64,000 bases of DNA from Vicugna vicugna (lineage: Eukaryota): the NCBI GenBank assembly GCA_013265495.1, contig MU057632.1, forward strand, positions 914,054 to 978,053, given 5' to 3'. The notes under the pieces are model-generated. The model worked only from the letters and a program-made list of their open reading frames with translations. It did not search any database and had not been told where the DNA came from. The position numbers were made by a program, and so were the translations under genes. Below are positions 39,188 to 53,570 of the stretch, piece by piece; the stretch's first letter is position 1, and every line of letters begins with the position of its first letter.

Positions 39188-41059
39188 CTGGACAAAAGAG
39201 AAGGTGGTAGCAAACTGAGTAAGTGATGGATGACCAAAGGGAAAACAGTTTTTCCTAGCAAAGTATAGCTCTTTGAACTAAGGCAACACGTGCGAAGCCA
39301 TTTCCCCACTAATCTCACCTCCAGAGGTGAGACAGGTATTAGCATGTCTTCAGTTAATTTCAGTACTGCTGACTAGCACCGAACCACACGTAGCTGGATG
39401 CTGTAGCACCCTGGTTTTTCCCACACAGTGGAATTCATGTACCCACTCCATGCCTCTGCTTCTTTTGACACCTGGCTTTCAGAGTATCTTGACAGACTTA
39501 ACACTTTACAATTATAATCACGTGGATATGTAACTGAAGCAGAAGTTATACGTGACACAACTATATAACGTGTTCTGATATTTTCTATCTTCTATTGGAG
39601 GTTTAATACTGAATCCTATTTTTCAAAAGTTTGTCACAGTAACTCGATTCCATGGCCCACTGTTTCAGCATGATACATACTTCGGAAAAGATTGTTTTAA
39701 ATTACATCGCTGGGAAATCTGTCCTCCACCAAGTATCTTCCTTCACCCCCATTCCTGGAGACTGGCACCAAGCATTTCATACAGTACTCAGAGTGTACTG
39801 CTTATATGGTTATATACCTTACACTGGGGCTCACTTAGTTTGTTCCAGTCACATTAAGAGTTCAAAGCGTACCTTGCAAATATTGGGACTTTTACATACC
39901 CCAGTCTTCCTTGACCTCTCCCAGGTTACATGCATGAGGGTTGCTACTACTCTTTATTGATCCACTGGAGGTGAGACAACTAAATTCGTTGAGGGAAAGT
40001 ATTTCCTCTAAGATCGTTTATGCTTAGTATCTTTGAAGTTTCCTCCTTTCCCATCGGTCCCAGTCCCAGTAAATCCTTAAGCTTCTACAGATGGAAACTG
40101 TTCACCGTTCTGTACAAAACAGTGTGACATCCAGTGAATCCCCAGTGAAAGGATGCTTCAATTTTGTAAATGAGAGCTGAGAGCATTGTCCTCAGTGTAG
40201 CTAATAGTCATCGACTTTTACACCGAAAGAGAGACTCCTGGGAAGTGGGGGATCAAATGCATCTGTGTATCTGGCCGATTTCCCTGATGTGAGTATCCCC
40301 AGGATCAGAGAACACGTGCTACTGTTAATTCAGGTGGTTAGCCTGATGCCCTACATCTAAGACAACCGTGGGGAACTGGTTCTCCCTGGAAACAGAATCA
40401 CATGAATTAAGTCCAAGCACTGTAGTGTTTGAAGGCTGGGATTTCATTATATTTTCCTTTTAACATCAACAGGTTTTGAGCACAATTTAGTGATGACTTT
40501 AAAAAATTCTGAAATCCCTTTCCCGCTTTGCCAATGGACACTTTTCCTCTTTAATTCCCATAATTAAAGCAAAGCGTTGCAATAGCATATAAAGTAGCTT
40601 AGAATTGGCAACCCTTCCAATTTAAAGGCCGGCTAGTTTCAGCTCATAGAAAGATACTGTGATATTTTATTTAATGAATGCAAGAGTGTCTGATCAATTT
40701 ATTGAAGAGTCATTCAATACACTGAACTTTTTATAGTTTAAACACCATTAATCTAGCCTCAAGTTGGTAGACAACAGCAGTGGATTTCTATTATTTCAAA
40801 AGTAACCATACAAAATAGCACTGGATCTCTTAAAGCTTCTATTAAGGAAAATAATTATTAAGAAATAGGAGCGAGGAAATATCTCTGATCAAAGAGACAG
40901 AAATAAGCACTAAGCAGAGAGGGGGTGGTGTATGAATAAATATTTATTGTTAGAGCAACCAAATCAAATATATTTAGGAAAAGGAGAAAATGAGGCTAAG
41001 GAAACAGTTTCCCTATACACTTACCTTGCGATATAGCACATGGTTTAGTTTGGGTACTG

Positions 41060-41258
41060 AAAGTAAATATTTGTAAGTATTTTAGACTCTGTGGGCCATA
41101 CAGTTTCTGTCACAACTACTCAACTCTACTGCTGTAGCGTGAGCATAGTAACATAGAAAATGTGTGAATAGTAAGCATGGCTGTGTTCCAATAAAACTTT
41201 ATTTACAAAAATCATGGTAAGTCAGATTTAGCCCGTGGACCAGTTTGTCAACTCCTGA
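41060..41258 (+). mobile_element. MER58A hAT-Charlie MITE
   Basis: gtgggccatacagtttctgtcacaactactcaactct...ggctgtgttccaataaaactttatttacaaaaa. Confidence 0.85.
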
Positions 41259-41689
41259 CTTAGTATATAAGTAATACTAAGGCATAATGGTTTGAAAATC
41301 AAAGGTTTTCTGTTTTTTTTTTTTGTAAATTCAAACATAAAGAACTTTTATCCATCCAATAGGACCCAATCAAAAAGGTATCTATTTCAGGAAACCTTTG
41401 AACAATATACATGTGCAGGGCACTGGCCACTGAGATGAAACATTACTCTACTGCAGTCTCATAGCATTTCCTTTGGTCATTCACAGACGACTTAATCTTA
41501 TTTCTACCATATATTATTACTATTTCTGTACATGACACCTCTCTTCTACCAAACTGTAAATAACATTAGAAATGTACCGTTCAGCCACATGGTAAAGACA
41601 TATATTTCCTTAGTAGTAGCCAATAATACTTTTTCTTAGTCCACTTGGGAAAAAACAAAAACTAAATTTACTAACAAGTTTATACTGAA

Positions 41690-42880
41690 AACAAAATATC
41701 CTGAAAAATCTGATTGTCACAAAATGCTAGAAATGCTGGATCAAGTATTTAAAAGACGAATTTTTAATTTGTGTTTGACCTGAGAAGAAAGTACGCAGAG
41801 CCTCAAAGGAAAAAAATGAGATCAGAGCAGTAATTCAGAGAAAACATAGCTCTGAAGCCGACAGCTGCCCCAGGGACATGGGCTGAGGCTCTGTGACCAA
41901 GAACTTCAGTTTTATGTTTCATACACGTGACTGAAAATAAAATTTTAGTTAGGTGGCCACCAAAAATAATGGAAATAGAGAGTATAATATCCAAACCAGT
42001 AGAGGGAAAACCAGAGAATGAGAAAAAAGTCAATCCAAAGAAGATAAGAAATGAAACAAATGAACATGGACCAAACGAACATGGACGAATAGAGCCTGAG
42101 ATGGTGAAAACAGTACAATGGGTCAGGAATCACAGCAAGAGTAACGACCACAGCATGATTAAAAGACGAAGAGCATCATGTCAGCTTTCAAAAGTTCAGC
42201 TAAACTAAATGAGGAGCAGAAGAGCTATACCCAAGCTATTAAAGCAGAGAATGCTGGGAACAAAAGGATGGGAAAAATACATCCCAGGGAAAGAGTAACA
42301 ACAACACAACAACACAAAACAGGACCAGCAACAACAGCAGAAACAAAACAAAACGTGCCAGGCAGAAAGCGCTACTTCAGATAAGGAGGGCAGCCTGCGG
42401 TGAAAGACGTATTCATCTCACGTGGCAGGTGACAAGTCTACACTGATAACATACAGCGACACATCAAGCCAAAAATGGGTAAAACCACCCGGACTGAGAA
42501 ATCCACCGTCCCAGCAGGCTGTTTCAACACGCCTCTCTCTGTGTAGGTGATGGACCAGACAGGTCAAAAACAAACGATGACAGAGACTGGAACAGCACAA
42601 TTAACAGGTTCCTGCATCTCTATGTCTGTGCAGGAAACCAGACTTGTTGAGGACATTAAATATTCTCAACTATAAAATGTACTCAACAGTGGGAGAATAA
42701 GTATTTTTTCATGAAGATATGAAATGTTTCCAACTCTGGGTCTCAAAGTACTGGCAATGTTTGATTTCTTAAGATGCATGGTGGATGCATGTTGTACGTT
42801 TCATTCTTTTTCTTTATGCTTTACATATATGTTCCATAATACTCTTGTAGGTATAAAATATTTTATATTAAAAAGAAAGA
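41690..42880 (+). mobile_element. Highly degraded L1ME-like remnants
   Basis: A-rich with weak EN-like segments and an L1 3'-UTR-like end at ~42750-42875. Confidence 0.45.
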
Positions 42881-44162
42881 AAAATTCAGTTCTATCCCAT
42901 TAGAAATGAGTGCTATAAAGAATTGAAAAAATGACTATTTGACAGCATCAAAATCTGCACAAGAATTGACCATTTATGGAATCTAATTAATTTTAAGCAG
43001 AAACGCATATGTTGAACCGCATAATGATTCTATGAGGCAGACAGTATTATTGTTATGATGATGAGGAAACTCATTTTTGTTTGGGACTTTGCTTTTGTTT
43101 TCTACTTGAACAGGTCATTCTCAGTTTCACACACTTTAGATCTTGTATTGAGCTCACATAAAGCATGAGAATAAAGACAGATTCAACTTGCAAATGGAAG
43201 TGTTTCTGGACTCAGGAGAATGTTCACTATGAGGAGATGTCCATTTTTGATCGTGGTGAATTGACAGTATGAGAACAAAGCTGACTGTGGGAAAGTAAAA
43301 GCCATGCTGATACACTTCTGCCTCGGTACCTCTTGCAGACCCTACCCTCCTGCTCCGTCCCCCCACTCATGTTTCAAACCTTGTATGGTAATTCCCAAAC
43401 TTTCTTTTTGTAAATCGACTTCAAGCTACTGTGAAGAAGCTGAAAGACTCAAAGGTCTGTTTTGGTGGTCTGCGGACCCAGTGTTGGTCTTCTACGTTTA
43501 TGCAGCTTAGACCATGGGGTCTCCCAGGCCGTGCTTGGTGGGCGGAATGTGATGGTTCCTTCCCCAGAGGCCACGGCAAGGGGGTTGGTAAGATGAAGCT
43601 TCTTGGTTGAGGTATGAGGGTAAGGTCTCTAGGATCCCAAGTTCTCCATGGGACGCATCTCAGAGGGGCATTCTCTTCCAGTCTCACCGGAAATGGGAGA
43701 AAAGTCCAGCCCACAGAGTAGTTCCTAAGGATGACAGATACCCAGGGACAGAGCTCTTCTCCCAGAAGAATGGACCTAAGTAGCCTGGCTCTTCACCAAG
43801 GGCCTCAGCATTCACACAGGCATCCCTCCAAACTCTGCCAGGACCACATCCTCCTGGAGGCCAGTACTCCTCTGTACCGTCCTCTCATGTGTATTTAAGA
43901 TTCCTCCTTGGCTTCAGCGAAGGGCCATGTTTATACTGCTGGTTTGGACATCACCACGGGAAGCAGAATGAGAGAAGAAAGTGCTGTTTCTCAGCCCAGA
44001 GTCTCCTACATCTTCACACCTCTTTCTTCCTGGGCTTCTTCCTCTACTTACAGACAGGACTGCCTTATTCTGCACCTAAGGAACAGTCCAACCCAAGTCC
44101 CCATCAACCTCTCTGACTTACTTCCCAGATACTCCTTCTTTATACCAGCAGACATTTAATAA

Positions 44163-44220
44163 AAGGAAAGCAGGAAGGAAGGCAGGAAGGGTGGGAAGGA
44201 GGGAAGGAGGGCGGGAGGAG
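44163..44220. repeat. Purine-rich (GGAA/GGAG)n repeat
   Basis: Direct observation. Confidence 0.8.
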
Positions 44221-44601
44221 CAGTCTTCATTACTCCCACTTCTACAGAATCTACTTATTCCATAACCTTCTGCAGTGCTCTATTAAACTGTCTCTTAAAA
44301 ACCAACCTTAATGCCCTTTTCTTAATTCGTATTCCCCTTACGTTACTCCGACATCGAACACTGTCAAAGATGCTGTCCTCATAATAAAATATGCTTTTGG
44401 AATCAGGATACTGGTAGTGAAACCATAAACAGCATATTTATTTTTTTAATCTAATGTTTTACTGTATTAATCCAGTGTTCTATTATGAATAATAAATGGA
44501 AATACATATTTTATGATATGGTATTACAGTAAATGTGGGGCTGCAGAATGTAAAATCTTTATGTGAAATTTACTTGTATATTTTAATTTTTATTAAAAAT
44601 C

Positions 44602-44690
44602 TTTTTTAATTGAAATATAGTTGATTTACAATGTTGTGTTTCTGATATACAGCATAGTGATTCAGTTATACATATATATTACATATAATT
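44602..44690 (-). mobile_element. Short L1 3' end
   Basis: ttttttaattgaaatatagttgatttacaatgttgtgtt...cagcatagtgattcagttata. Confidence 0.75.
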
Positions 44691-45209
44691 AATGCTATAT
44701 TCTTATTGATCTGCAAGGTTAACAAAATATATGATGACAAATCTCTGATTTAAATTATCTGCATAGAAAATGGAGAGTTCTAAACTATGCAGTGCTGTCA
44801 AAAGAAAGCAAGGATACAGAAACCGTGGTTTCCTCCCTGGGTGTGACTTTCTCCATTGTTTCACTGTGGTAACCATCACTGCCTTATTTTAGTATCTGTG
44901 CACTCAATTCAAGAAACTCCAAGATTCCAGTTGTAAAGAAGTTATTTGGGTGATTAGTGGTACATATTTGAAGGAAATAAAGAGGAAACCTGAAAAATTA
45001 AATATCACTCTTATAAGTCTATAAAATATACATCATCCTATAATGCAAAATAACTAATTTAAACAGGAAGGTATTAACAACATCCTTGCCAGTTAGTAAG
45101 TGTTCGTTGGTCAGTCCCTATAAATAAGGCATGCGGAGGATGCTAAGTGACCAGGGATGGTGGAGTGAAGAGGGGGCTCTGGAACGGGCGTGGCACCTCA
45201 TTTCTTTCT

Positions 45210-45381
45210 TTCTTTTTTTTTGTACATATATATTTTTATTGAAGTCTAGTCAGTTTACAATGTTGTGTCGATTTTTGGTGCACAGCATAATGCTTCAGTC
45301 ATATAGAAACATACATATATTCTTTCATATTCTTTTCCAACATATTTTACTACCAGATATTGAGTATATTTCCCTGTGCTA
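45210..45381 (-). mobile_element. Short L1 3' end with TSD
   Basis: TSD cctcatttctttct at 45196-45209 and 45383-45396. Confidence 0.85.
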
Positions 45382-47344
45382 GCCTCATTTCTTTCTGTTT
45401 TGTGTTTGTCTTCCCCCCATCCCCAGGTGGTCAGAAGCTCAAGGAGGGCAGCTCCCCCTTTCTTCCGGGCTGTCCTCTGCAGTGTCTGGACTACATTTCC
45501 CTGGAGTGGGAGGGAATGGGAATCTGGGCTTTGATGTCTCAAAAGACAAAGGTAATAGGTCTCAAAGGAGGGTGAGGGCTTTCCCCAAGATGAAGGGAGG
45601 GGCGGAGACCAGAGTGGTTTGCACGCAGCACCCACGATGGAGACTCTTTCAGGGATGCACATACATAAGCGGGGAGGCATGGGTCCTGAAAACAAGAAGT
45701 GTGGTCTCTACTTCCCTCCCCAGCCTCGGCACAGGACACACGGAACAGGGCACCATCAAGGGTCCACGACGTTAGTGGCAGGAGATCAAAGCCAGGAGAC
45801 TTTTCCGAGAATGCTGAATTGGTGAAGCACCTCCACAAGACCTGGGGGTGTCCAGACAGGAGCCCTGATAATGACTGAAATTAAATGTCTGCCCGCCTGA
45901 TATGATGAAGGCTGGCTTTCAAAAAGTTGACATCAAACACTGTTGTCAAAAAACTCACACTAACCTCTACTCTAAAGCACATTTCTTGACTCCAAAGAAG
46001 GAACAGTCTACCTAGGAGGTAAGTTTCTTGTAAACATAAATTAGCAGTTTACGGCAACATATACCAAGTGACAAAGAATGGAAATACGTTGTTCAGTAGA
46101 GACTAATAATTCTAGATGAAACGATCAGGGAGATTTCTTTGGCTTAGTTGGACAAAACATTTTTCTTGATGATTTGGAACTTGGACTGTTCTCTGAAGAA
46201 ATAAAAATCCGGCACGGAGTAGTGTTAATAGAAGTACTAATGCAAAGAAATAGGAAAACATGCTAAGATAATAATAAAGTAATTATGAATGCCCCCAAGC
46301 TTCTCAGAACTGTAGTTGAAACCAAGTTACATTTTAGAGTCTTTGCATATCAGCCAAGCGTACAGCGCATACATTCTAATGAATGACAGCCCAAAAACCA
46401 TACATAACTATGAAGTCAAAACATAGGTGCAGATTAAAAAAATGACCCCTTGGCCCCCACACACCACTGTCCTCTTTTTAGTGACACTGTCTCTGATTCT
46501 ACTCTGTAAAATTCTGCTGCATTTCAGTGGTGATTAATGTTTTTAAAAATGATGCTTGGAAATAACAGTCCCTTGTATCAGAGTGGAGTTGAAAGTAACA
46601 AACATCACAGTCTTTTAAGCAAAACCAGAATTTGGTGCCACTCAGTTGTTGGAAGGGGGACAGAAGTGGGTGCTTGGCCCGATTTCCAGGACAGATTCCC
46701 AAAACAAAAGCATAAATCCAGCAACTCTAAATTCCTCAACCAGAAGGCTGTAGAATCAGAAAGGTACTGTCCACATTGCCCTGAATCACACCGGGATTCC
46801 AGCTGCAGGAGGGCCCGTGAAATTGAGTTGTTAGATTCCCAGCTTCTTCCTAGTAATCCCTGGAAGGATTCTGGAACAGATGTTGTGAGGGTCAGTCTTC
46901 CAGTTCATCTACAATCCTCTGATTTAGGTCAAATTTCTTAATCCCTTCCGCTGCACCTGAGCTGAGCAATAGCTGAGTCTGGAATTTCTCACTCATATGT
47001 ATTCTTCACTCATATTCTCTCTCTCCCCGAGCCCCTCATGCTAAGCACCCCTAGTGCCTACTATGAGAAGCATTTTGCCTCCACCAGGAAATTTCTTTTG
47101 ATGGACGTCTTCCCTTAAGAAACTTACATATACATATACGTACTTGTCTCTGTCCTGTTCATTTCTTCTAGTGAGAAGGCTGTAAGGACAGCAAGTCCAG
47201 GTAAAACTCAGGCTCAGATACAAGACACTTGTATACAGTCAAACCCCAACACACAAAACCTTCCTTCTGAGATCAGATGCACAGCGCAAATCTACCACCT
47301 GTGATGAAGATCATTATTCTCAGCTCAGATTATTTCATCAACTT

Positions 47345-47449
47345 AAAAAAATTATTTTAATTAAAGTGTAGTTGACTTACTGTGTTTGTTTTAGGTGTAC
47401 AGCAAAGTGGTTCAGTTATATGTACACATACATCTATATTGTTTCTTTT
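47345..47449 (-). mobile_element. Short L1 3' end with TSD
   Basis: TSD cagat(t/c)atttcatcaactt at 47326-47344 and 47450-47468. Confidence 0.8.
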
Positions 47450-47934
47450 CAGATCATTTCATCAACTTTTTAATTAGGCTCTGGCCAATGGGTTCCATCC
47501 CTAGTTCATCTTTCACACTGTCTGAATGATCTTCCTAACAAACTGAACCAATTACATCAATCAACAGCTAAACCATCATTTCTAAGAGAGTCTAGTTCTC
47601 CATCCTGGCATCCCAGGTGACTTTCCCTTTGTTCCCATCTATCTACTGGCTTCTCTCACAGACCCTTCTCCTGTATCTTATACCTACCATGATGTCAGGC
47701 TTCCTCCCTAGTTACCAGACACAGTGGAATCTTACAAACACCAATTCAACAAACATTTATTGGGCTCCAGGTGTCACTGCCAGAGTCCCCGGGGGTACAA
47801 AGAGAGTTTTACTTACTGTTTACTTTATTTAAGGCTTTTCGATCAATATCAGAAAATGGTCTTTTTGTTTTTCTTTTGTACATGGGCTCATCCTTCCATA
47901 TTAGAGATTATTTTTTCTCTTCAAAGCCTAATGT

Positions 47935-48690
47935 GCACTGTTGGTGGAAATGTAAAAGCCACTATGGAAAACAGTATGGAGGCGCCTCAAAAATTTAAAA
48001 ATAGAATTACCATATGATCCAGCAATCCCACTCCTGGGCATAGATCCGTAGGAAACTCTAATGAGAAAAGATGCACGCACCCCAATGTTCACAGCAGCAT
48101 TTTTTACAATAGCAGAGATATGGAAGCAACCTAAGTGTCCATCAACAGATAAATAGATAAGTAAGAAATTATATATATAATTATATACATATATACATAA
48201 TGTATATATATACATTTATATATACATAATGGAATATTACTCAGACATATAAAAGAATGAAACTGCTGTTTGCAACAATATGGATGGACCTAGAGAGTAT
48301 TATGCTTAGTGAAATACGTCAGCAAAAGACAAGTACTGTATGTTATCACTTGTGTAGTCTAAAAAATGAAACGAATGGATATAGCAAAACAGAAATAGAT
48401 TCACAGATACAGAGAACAAAGTAGTGGTTACCAGTGAGGAGAAAAAAGTGGGGAGGGGCAAGACAGGGGTAGGGGATGAAAAGGTACAAACTACTGTGTG
48501 TAAAGTAAATAACCTATAAGGATATATTGTACAGCACAGGGAAGTATAGCCACTATTCTGTAATAACTTTAAATGGAGTATAAACTATAAAAATATTGAA
48601 TCACTATGCTGTATACCTGAAACTAATATAATATTGTAAATCAGCTATACTTCAATAACAAAAGACATCATGATGAAACCTGTTAAAAAA
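47935..48690 (+). mobile_element. 5'-truncated L1 with TSD
   Basis: ORF2 end + 3' UTR; TSD aaagcctaatgt at 47923-47934 and 48691-48702. Confidence 0.9.
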
Positions 48691-49614
48691 AAAGCCTAAT
48701 GTAATTTGATTGTGAAAATAAAACTAAATTTATTTTAACAAAATGTAACCTTCTAGGCTGTATTCACAAAATTAACGAAGGTTTATGATTTGCTATTATT
48801 GATGACTAATTGAAGTATTTTTTGTTACTTAGAGCAATTAGCCTTGCTTAAAATGTGCAAGTGTATTTTTGCAAAGTTTTCAGATTGTATTATATAATGT
48901 AACAAGTTGTTTACAAATAAATATTCTTCAAAAGGAAATGACTGCAATTGCAAATTTGTGTATTTCAAGTGTGATCACTTTTACAACCATGCGTTTTCCT
49001 TTCTACCTTGGACTTCCTTTTGCAATTTGAACCCTTACCAAGTATTATAAAAATTTAACTTGTGAATAATCTGCTAATCTAAATTTACTTAGGTTAAGTT
49101 TTCACTTAGCACTGATCTGCAGGAATACAATGTGCTGTTTCTCTATGTGTCCACGTTGGTTTGCTTTTGAGAGAAGTCTGAGTTGTTCTGTATTTCATCT
49201 TTGTTTTCTTCTTTAACCCTCACAAATCATTCCCGACATTTAAGAGCTGTTGTAAAACTTAGTTGTACAGACTTGAAACCAAGGCCCCCATCTACTTCTT
49301 TGCTAGGAGTTGGAGTTCACAACTTTGGAATCATTTAAACTCCATTTTCAGAGTGAGAAAAGATAAAGGAAAGATTCCAAAACCTGGTTTTAAATGGAAA
49401 ATAGAGACACAGGAGGGAATTTAAAGATCTCTGGGGACAAGTTTCTCATTTATAAATGGGAAAACTTAGACCCATACTTAAAGTTGCTTGCATAAGGTCC
49501 TAAAATTGGCTTGCGATAATTTTCAACTGTCCACCTCACCTTCCTGTCTTCAGATACTCATCTGAGTATGGCTAAAGGAATGGAAAGTTACTGTTGTATG
49601 AAGCATGTTTCCTT

Positions 49615-49760
49615 GGTGTTCTCAAATATAGTATGCATCAAAATTATCTAAGGGGCTTATTAAAATGCACCTTAACCTAAGGTGCTTCTGACTCAGTAGG
49701 CATGGGATAAATTCCAGGAAACTACTTTTGTAATGGTCAGTAGTGACCCTGCTGCAGACT
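49615..49760. mobile_element. MER5-like fragment
   Basis: ttctcaaa..tagtatgcatcaaaatta....gggcttattaaaatgca...tctgactcagtagg. Confidence 0.6.
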
Positions 49761-50049
49761 ATCTGATGGCTATAATATAGCAGAGATCCTCACATTAGAG
49801 TTAAATTGGAAAATGAAGGCGTTTTTTCCCCATACATCTTTCATCTCACTTGTTAAAAGTAATTTTCAACATATAATTACATTTTAATTATAAATGCAAA
49901 ATTTGGGGGGCTGCCTGTGTGAAAATAGGCAGAAAAATGTAAATATTATGTTATATAATTTAATTTGATATCCACTCTTGTTTAAAGCTTACAATTTTAC
50001 AAATCACAGGCATGTACATATCAGTATTTGGTGGTTTAGACAATAATCG

Positions 50050-50397
50050 TAGGAGGGGTTGTGGGGAGGAAGGGATGAGTAAGTGGAGCAAGAGGATTCT
50101 GGGGGCAGGCAGACTACTCTATATGATACTGTAATGGTGGATGTATGTCATTAGACATTTGTCCAAAGCCACAGAATGTCCAACACCGTGGATGAATCCT
50201 AATGTAAACCATGGATTCTGGGTGATGATGACGACATGGGACGGTCATCAGTTGTAACAAATGCACCTGGTGGGGGATGTGGATAATGGGGGAGGCTGTG
50301 CATGAGTGGGGACAGGGGATATATGGGAAATCTCTGTGCCTTCCCCTCGATTTTGCTGTGGTCCTAAAACTGCTCTAAAAATAGTCTATAAAAAAAC
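50050..50397 (+). mobile_element. L1MC-type 3' UTR
   Basis: tatgatactgtaatggtggat...gttgtaacaaatgcacc...atatgggaaatctctgt...taaaactgctctaaaaata. Confidence 0.85.
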
Positions 50398-50728
50398 CTT
50401 TGCTTTCAAAAAGGTTATAATATCTCTTTGGAACAGATTCTCAGAGCTATCTGAGATGCTGTTGCCCAGGCTATAGCCCTCATTTTGCCCCAAATAAAAC
50501 TTAACCCCCGGCCCCGCCAAAATTATATTAATATATAATATATAAAATGTTATATTTCTAATATATTTACATATATTTATATATGTGTATTCTAAACATT
50601 TAAGTAATTCAGAAATGTACCCTGGATATTACTGAGTAATTTGTATAAGTGACTGCAGACAAAAAATTATTTTTCAGTTTATCTTCAAGATCCTATTTAG
50701 TCTTTAAAACGAATGCACGTTTTAGTTA

Positions 50729-50754
50729 TTGCAAATGCCCAGCAGATGGCGCCA
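50729..50754 (+). promoter_or_regulatory. Candidate CTCF site (core + upstream module)
   Basis: CCAGCAGATGGCGC (50739-50752) fits CCASYAGRKGGCRS; preceded by TTGCAAATGC. Confidence 0.7.
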
Positions 50755-51989
50755 AAGATCTGTTTTTTTTTTTACATTGAATTCTTAGCTATTGAAAGGG
50801 CTTTTCTTGAAAACAGCTAATGCGTGAAATAAAACCGGACTGATCAGCGGGAGGAATAACTTATTAGAAAACACCCTGTGTTTCCTGAGGTAGGTGAAAA
50901 AGAACAAAAGAGAAGTTGATAAAGGATGGCAACCTTTGCTCTTTTGCGGAGGACCCTCATTCTTCATGCCCTTAGACAAATTTTTGTGTTAAGGGTATTG
51001 TCCTGTATTTTTCTTTGTTTTGGGTGGGTTTTTTGGTTTTGTTTGTTTGTCCTGAATTGAGCACCGTTATAAGTGCAGTTCACCCAATCAGCATCCCGCA
51101 GTGCTCTGAAAGCACGGAAGGATGACACTTAGGAGGAAGAAGAGAGTGGCTGATTATCAGCTGTTAGTGTTTTACAGCTGGTTACTTCGGTCAAGCCTTT
51201 ATTCTGAATTCCGTTTTCCATCTACCGCAGGCGGCCACTGCCGAGTAAGCATCAGGTGAGCATCTCAGGACACAGAGGCTCCCCCGCCCCCCACCGCCCT
51301 CAGCACACATTTAAATTTCCTTCCACTTCATCTCCCAGGAAACACCCTTCCTGTGCTGCTGAGTGTTAAGGCCTGCGTAGGAGCTTTGTGTCTTAGGTCC
51401 TAGAACTCTAGTTGCCAAATCACGGAATAGCGTCACTGCTTTCTAACACTTGAGATACCCCAGAAGCCTCAAGCTGAAAATCTGGCACGAGGAGGAATCA
51501 TTCTAATACTCTGATAAACAGGTTACCCACTCCCAGCCCAGTTCGAGAGAAGAAAATCAAGGTTAAGGAAGAGAAACCAGAAAGTAGTAGATTAACTGGA
51601 AATGAAATTGTAGGAGGGAATGAAGTTAACTTTCAAGAAAATCTAATAGGTAAGGTTGGTGCCGTCTAGAGGATAAAAAAATGTAATTGATCAATAAGAA
51701 AGACATCAAATTACATTCCTTGTGAACTTTTCTGAGCTAAATCCATCTGATCCATCAAGGGCAAACTCCACATGTGGACAATTTAGAAGAAGGCGGTGTC
51801 CACACAGATGATAAAGCCAAAGAGTTGTATGATCAATTCACACGAGTATCTTCTGGAACGCACAACACCCTTGTCAACCTTGCATTTGCTGCACTCCTGA
51901 CTACACCACAAGGCTGGCTCTGTTTTATTCATACAGAGAGGGCAAAAATAAACCAACTCCACTCCACAGCTGGAAGCTTTTTGGAAGGG

Positions 51990-52248
51990 AATCAACATGC
52001 TGGTTTAAGCACAAGTCTAGGGGGAGCCTACTCGGGATCAAATCCAGTTCTGTTTCTTAGCTTCACGAGCATGGAGAAATTATATAAACTCTTGATTCCT
52101 TTGTTTTCTCATCTATGAACTGGCGATATAATAATAGTGACCTCATAGGACTGCTGGGAGGGTCAGTTGAGATCATCAGTGTAAAGTGCTTATTAGCACA
52201 GAGTCTCACACGTGCTGCAGGCTCAGTAAATGTTACCTATTATTATTA
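51990..52248 (+). mobile_element. Near full-length MIR
   Basis: tcaaatccagttct...ttttctcatctatgaactgg...acctcataggactgctgggagg...gctcagtaaatgttacctattatta. Confidence 0.8.
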
Positions 52249-53369
52249 CACGGACACCCAGATAATCATGAAGGAAGAGAGCACCTTGCTTTGAAGTCTC
52301 TGAGTTCCCACACCTGAGAGCTCTGGGACGCAGCTACGACTGATGGGATTTCCTGGCACACTGGGATCAGTATGAGTGACTTTAGATCATCTGTCGATAG
52401 ACAGCTAATAAGGGACAAAAAGCTCATCTTATAAAAGACAGAGACAAAGGCGGGCCCACCAGTCTAGCCTGTTTTGTGAAAAGTCCAGGACGCACAGCCA
52501 CTGGGAGAAATACATGTCATTTTATCTGAAAAATTTTCAGCATTTTCTTGTGGTCATTGCTAGTTCCCACAGACAGGAAAAGAGAAGGATTCTCAAAGCT
52601 GATATTGACAAAAGGAGTATTATCACTGAGTCTACTTGGAGCTGAGCCCGCAGATTGCCCGAATCACAAGTATCCCCAGTGCGCTGAGTGGTGAATGGAT
52701 GGACGATGGATAGAAAACTCCCATCTAACATGTCGAAGGTCGTTCTCGCTTTTGCTTCTAGTGTCTGGTACATTTACACACGCTGCATTTATCCTTCTTA
52801 CTAGTGAGTTAACCAAGTTTTGCTGCTTGTTCTTTTGAATGATAAAATATGATCTGGGACGGGGCCAAGGTGAAACTGTCAATGTAATTTGGACAAATAG
52901 GACCTTACATTTGGAACATTTGATCAGAATAATTGCTTTAAAATCTCAGTGGTCCCACAAAGCTCTGTAATTTTCTTTGTTTCCCAGAAACCAAACAGCC
53001 ACAGGAGTATAAGTGAGACTTGTGACATGCTCTCATTTGCAGACATCGAATGAGCGCCTCCGTGGACAAGATCTTCTGTCAGTCATGCTTAGAGCTTACC
53101 CACCCCAGTTCCTAGGTCTCTGCTGGCCACCAGTAACATTCCTGTCTTGTCTGGTCAGATGTCTGTCTCATTTGTTGCTAGAAGGGAGTTAATGAAGAAA
53201 ATGAAGACATGTCAACCCTCCTCTGGGTCTTGAAGGGAAATGCATTACCTGCTTCTTGCTCCAGGAAGTGAGGGCCCCAAAACGCTTCTCTGGTTTGGGA
53301 TTTGGCCCACGTGGGTGTGTGAGACCTGAGAGCCCAAGGCTTCGGGGGCCAAATTCCTGGGCGCAAGTC

Positions 53370-53570
53370 TTTCCCGGGCTCTTCCGTTAACCAGCTTTGT
53401 GGCCCCACAAGTTATTTAACACTCTAAGACCTCGCTTTTTTATCTATAAAAGGGGGATGACAATGCCTGCCTACTTCTGGGGTTGCTGTGAGGATTAAAA
53501 TAGCTAATACATGTAGAGTACTTAGGGAGGCAGGGACATTAGTAAGTCCATAAAATATTAGCTCTTTTTA
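53370..53570 (+). mobile_element. MIR fragment
   Basis: caagttatttaac...atctataaaagggggatgacaat...ggttgctgtgaggattaaa. Confidence 0.75.

Noticed and set aside
38821..39218. Plus-strand ORFs of 129 and 106 aa
   Set aside because: Antisense shadows of the GC-rich exon; no recognisable protein.
38836..39345. 169-aa ORF as a standalone gene
   Set aside because: Only 38974-39187 is RIM1-like and bounded by splice sites; the flanks are read-through intron.
51211..51261. Plus-strand mini-exon-like pattern (ccgcag|25 nt|gtgagc)
   Set aside because: No partner exons or transcript evidence; such motifs arise often by chance.
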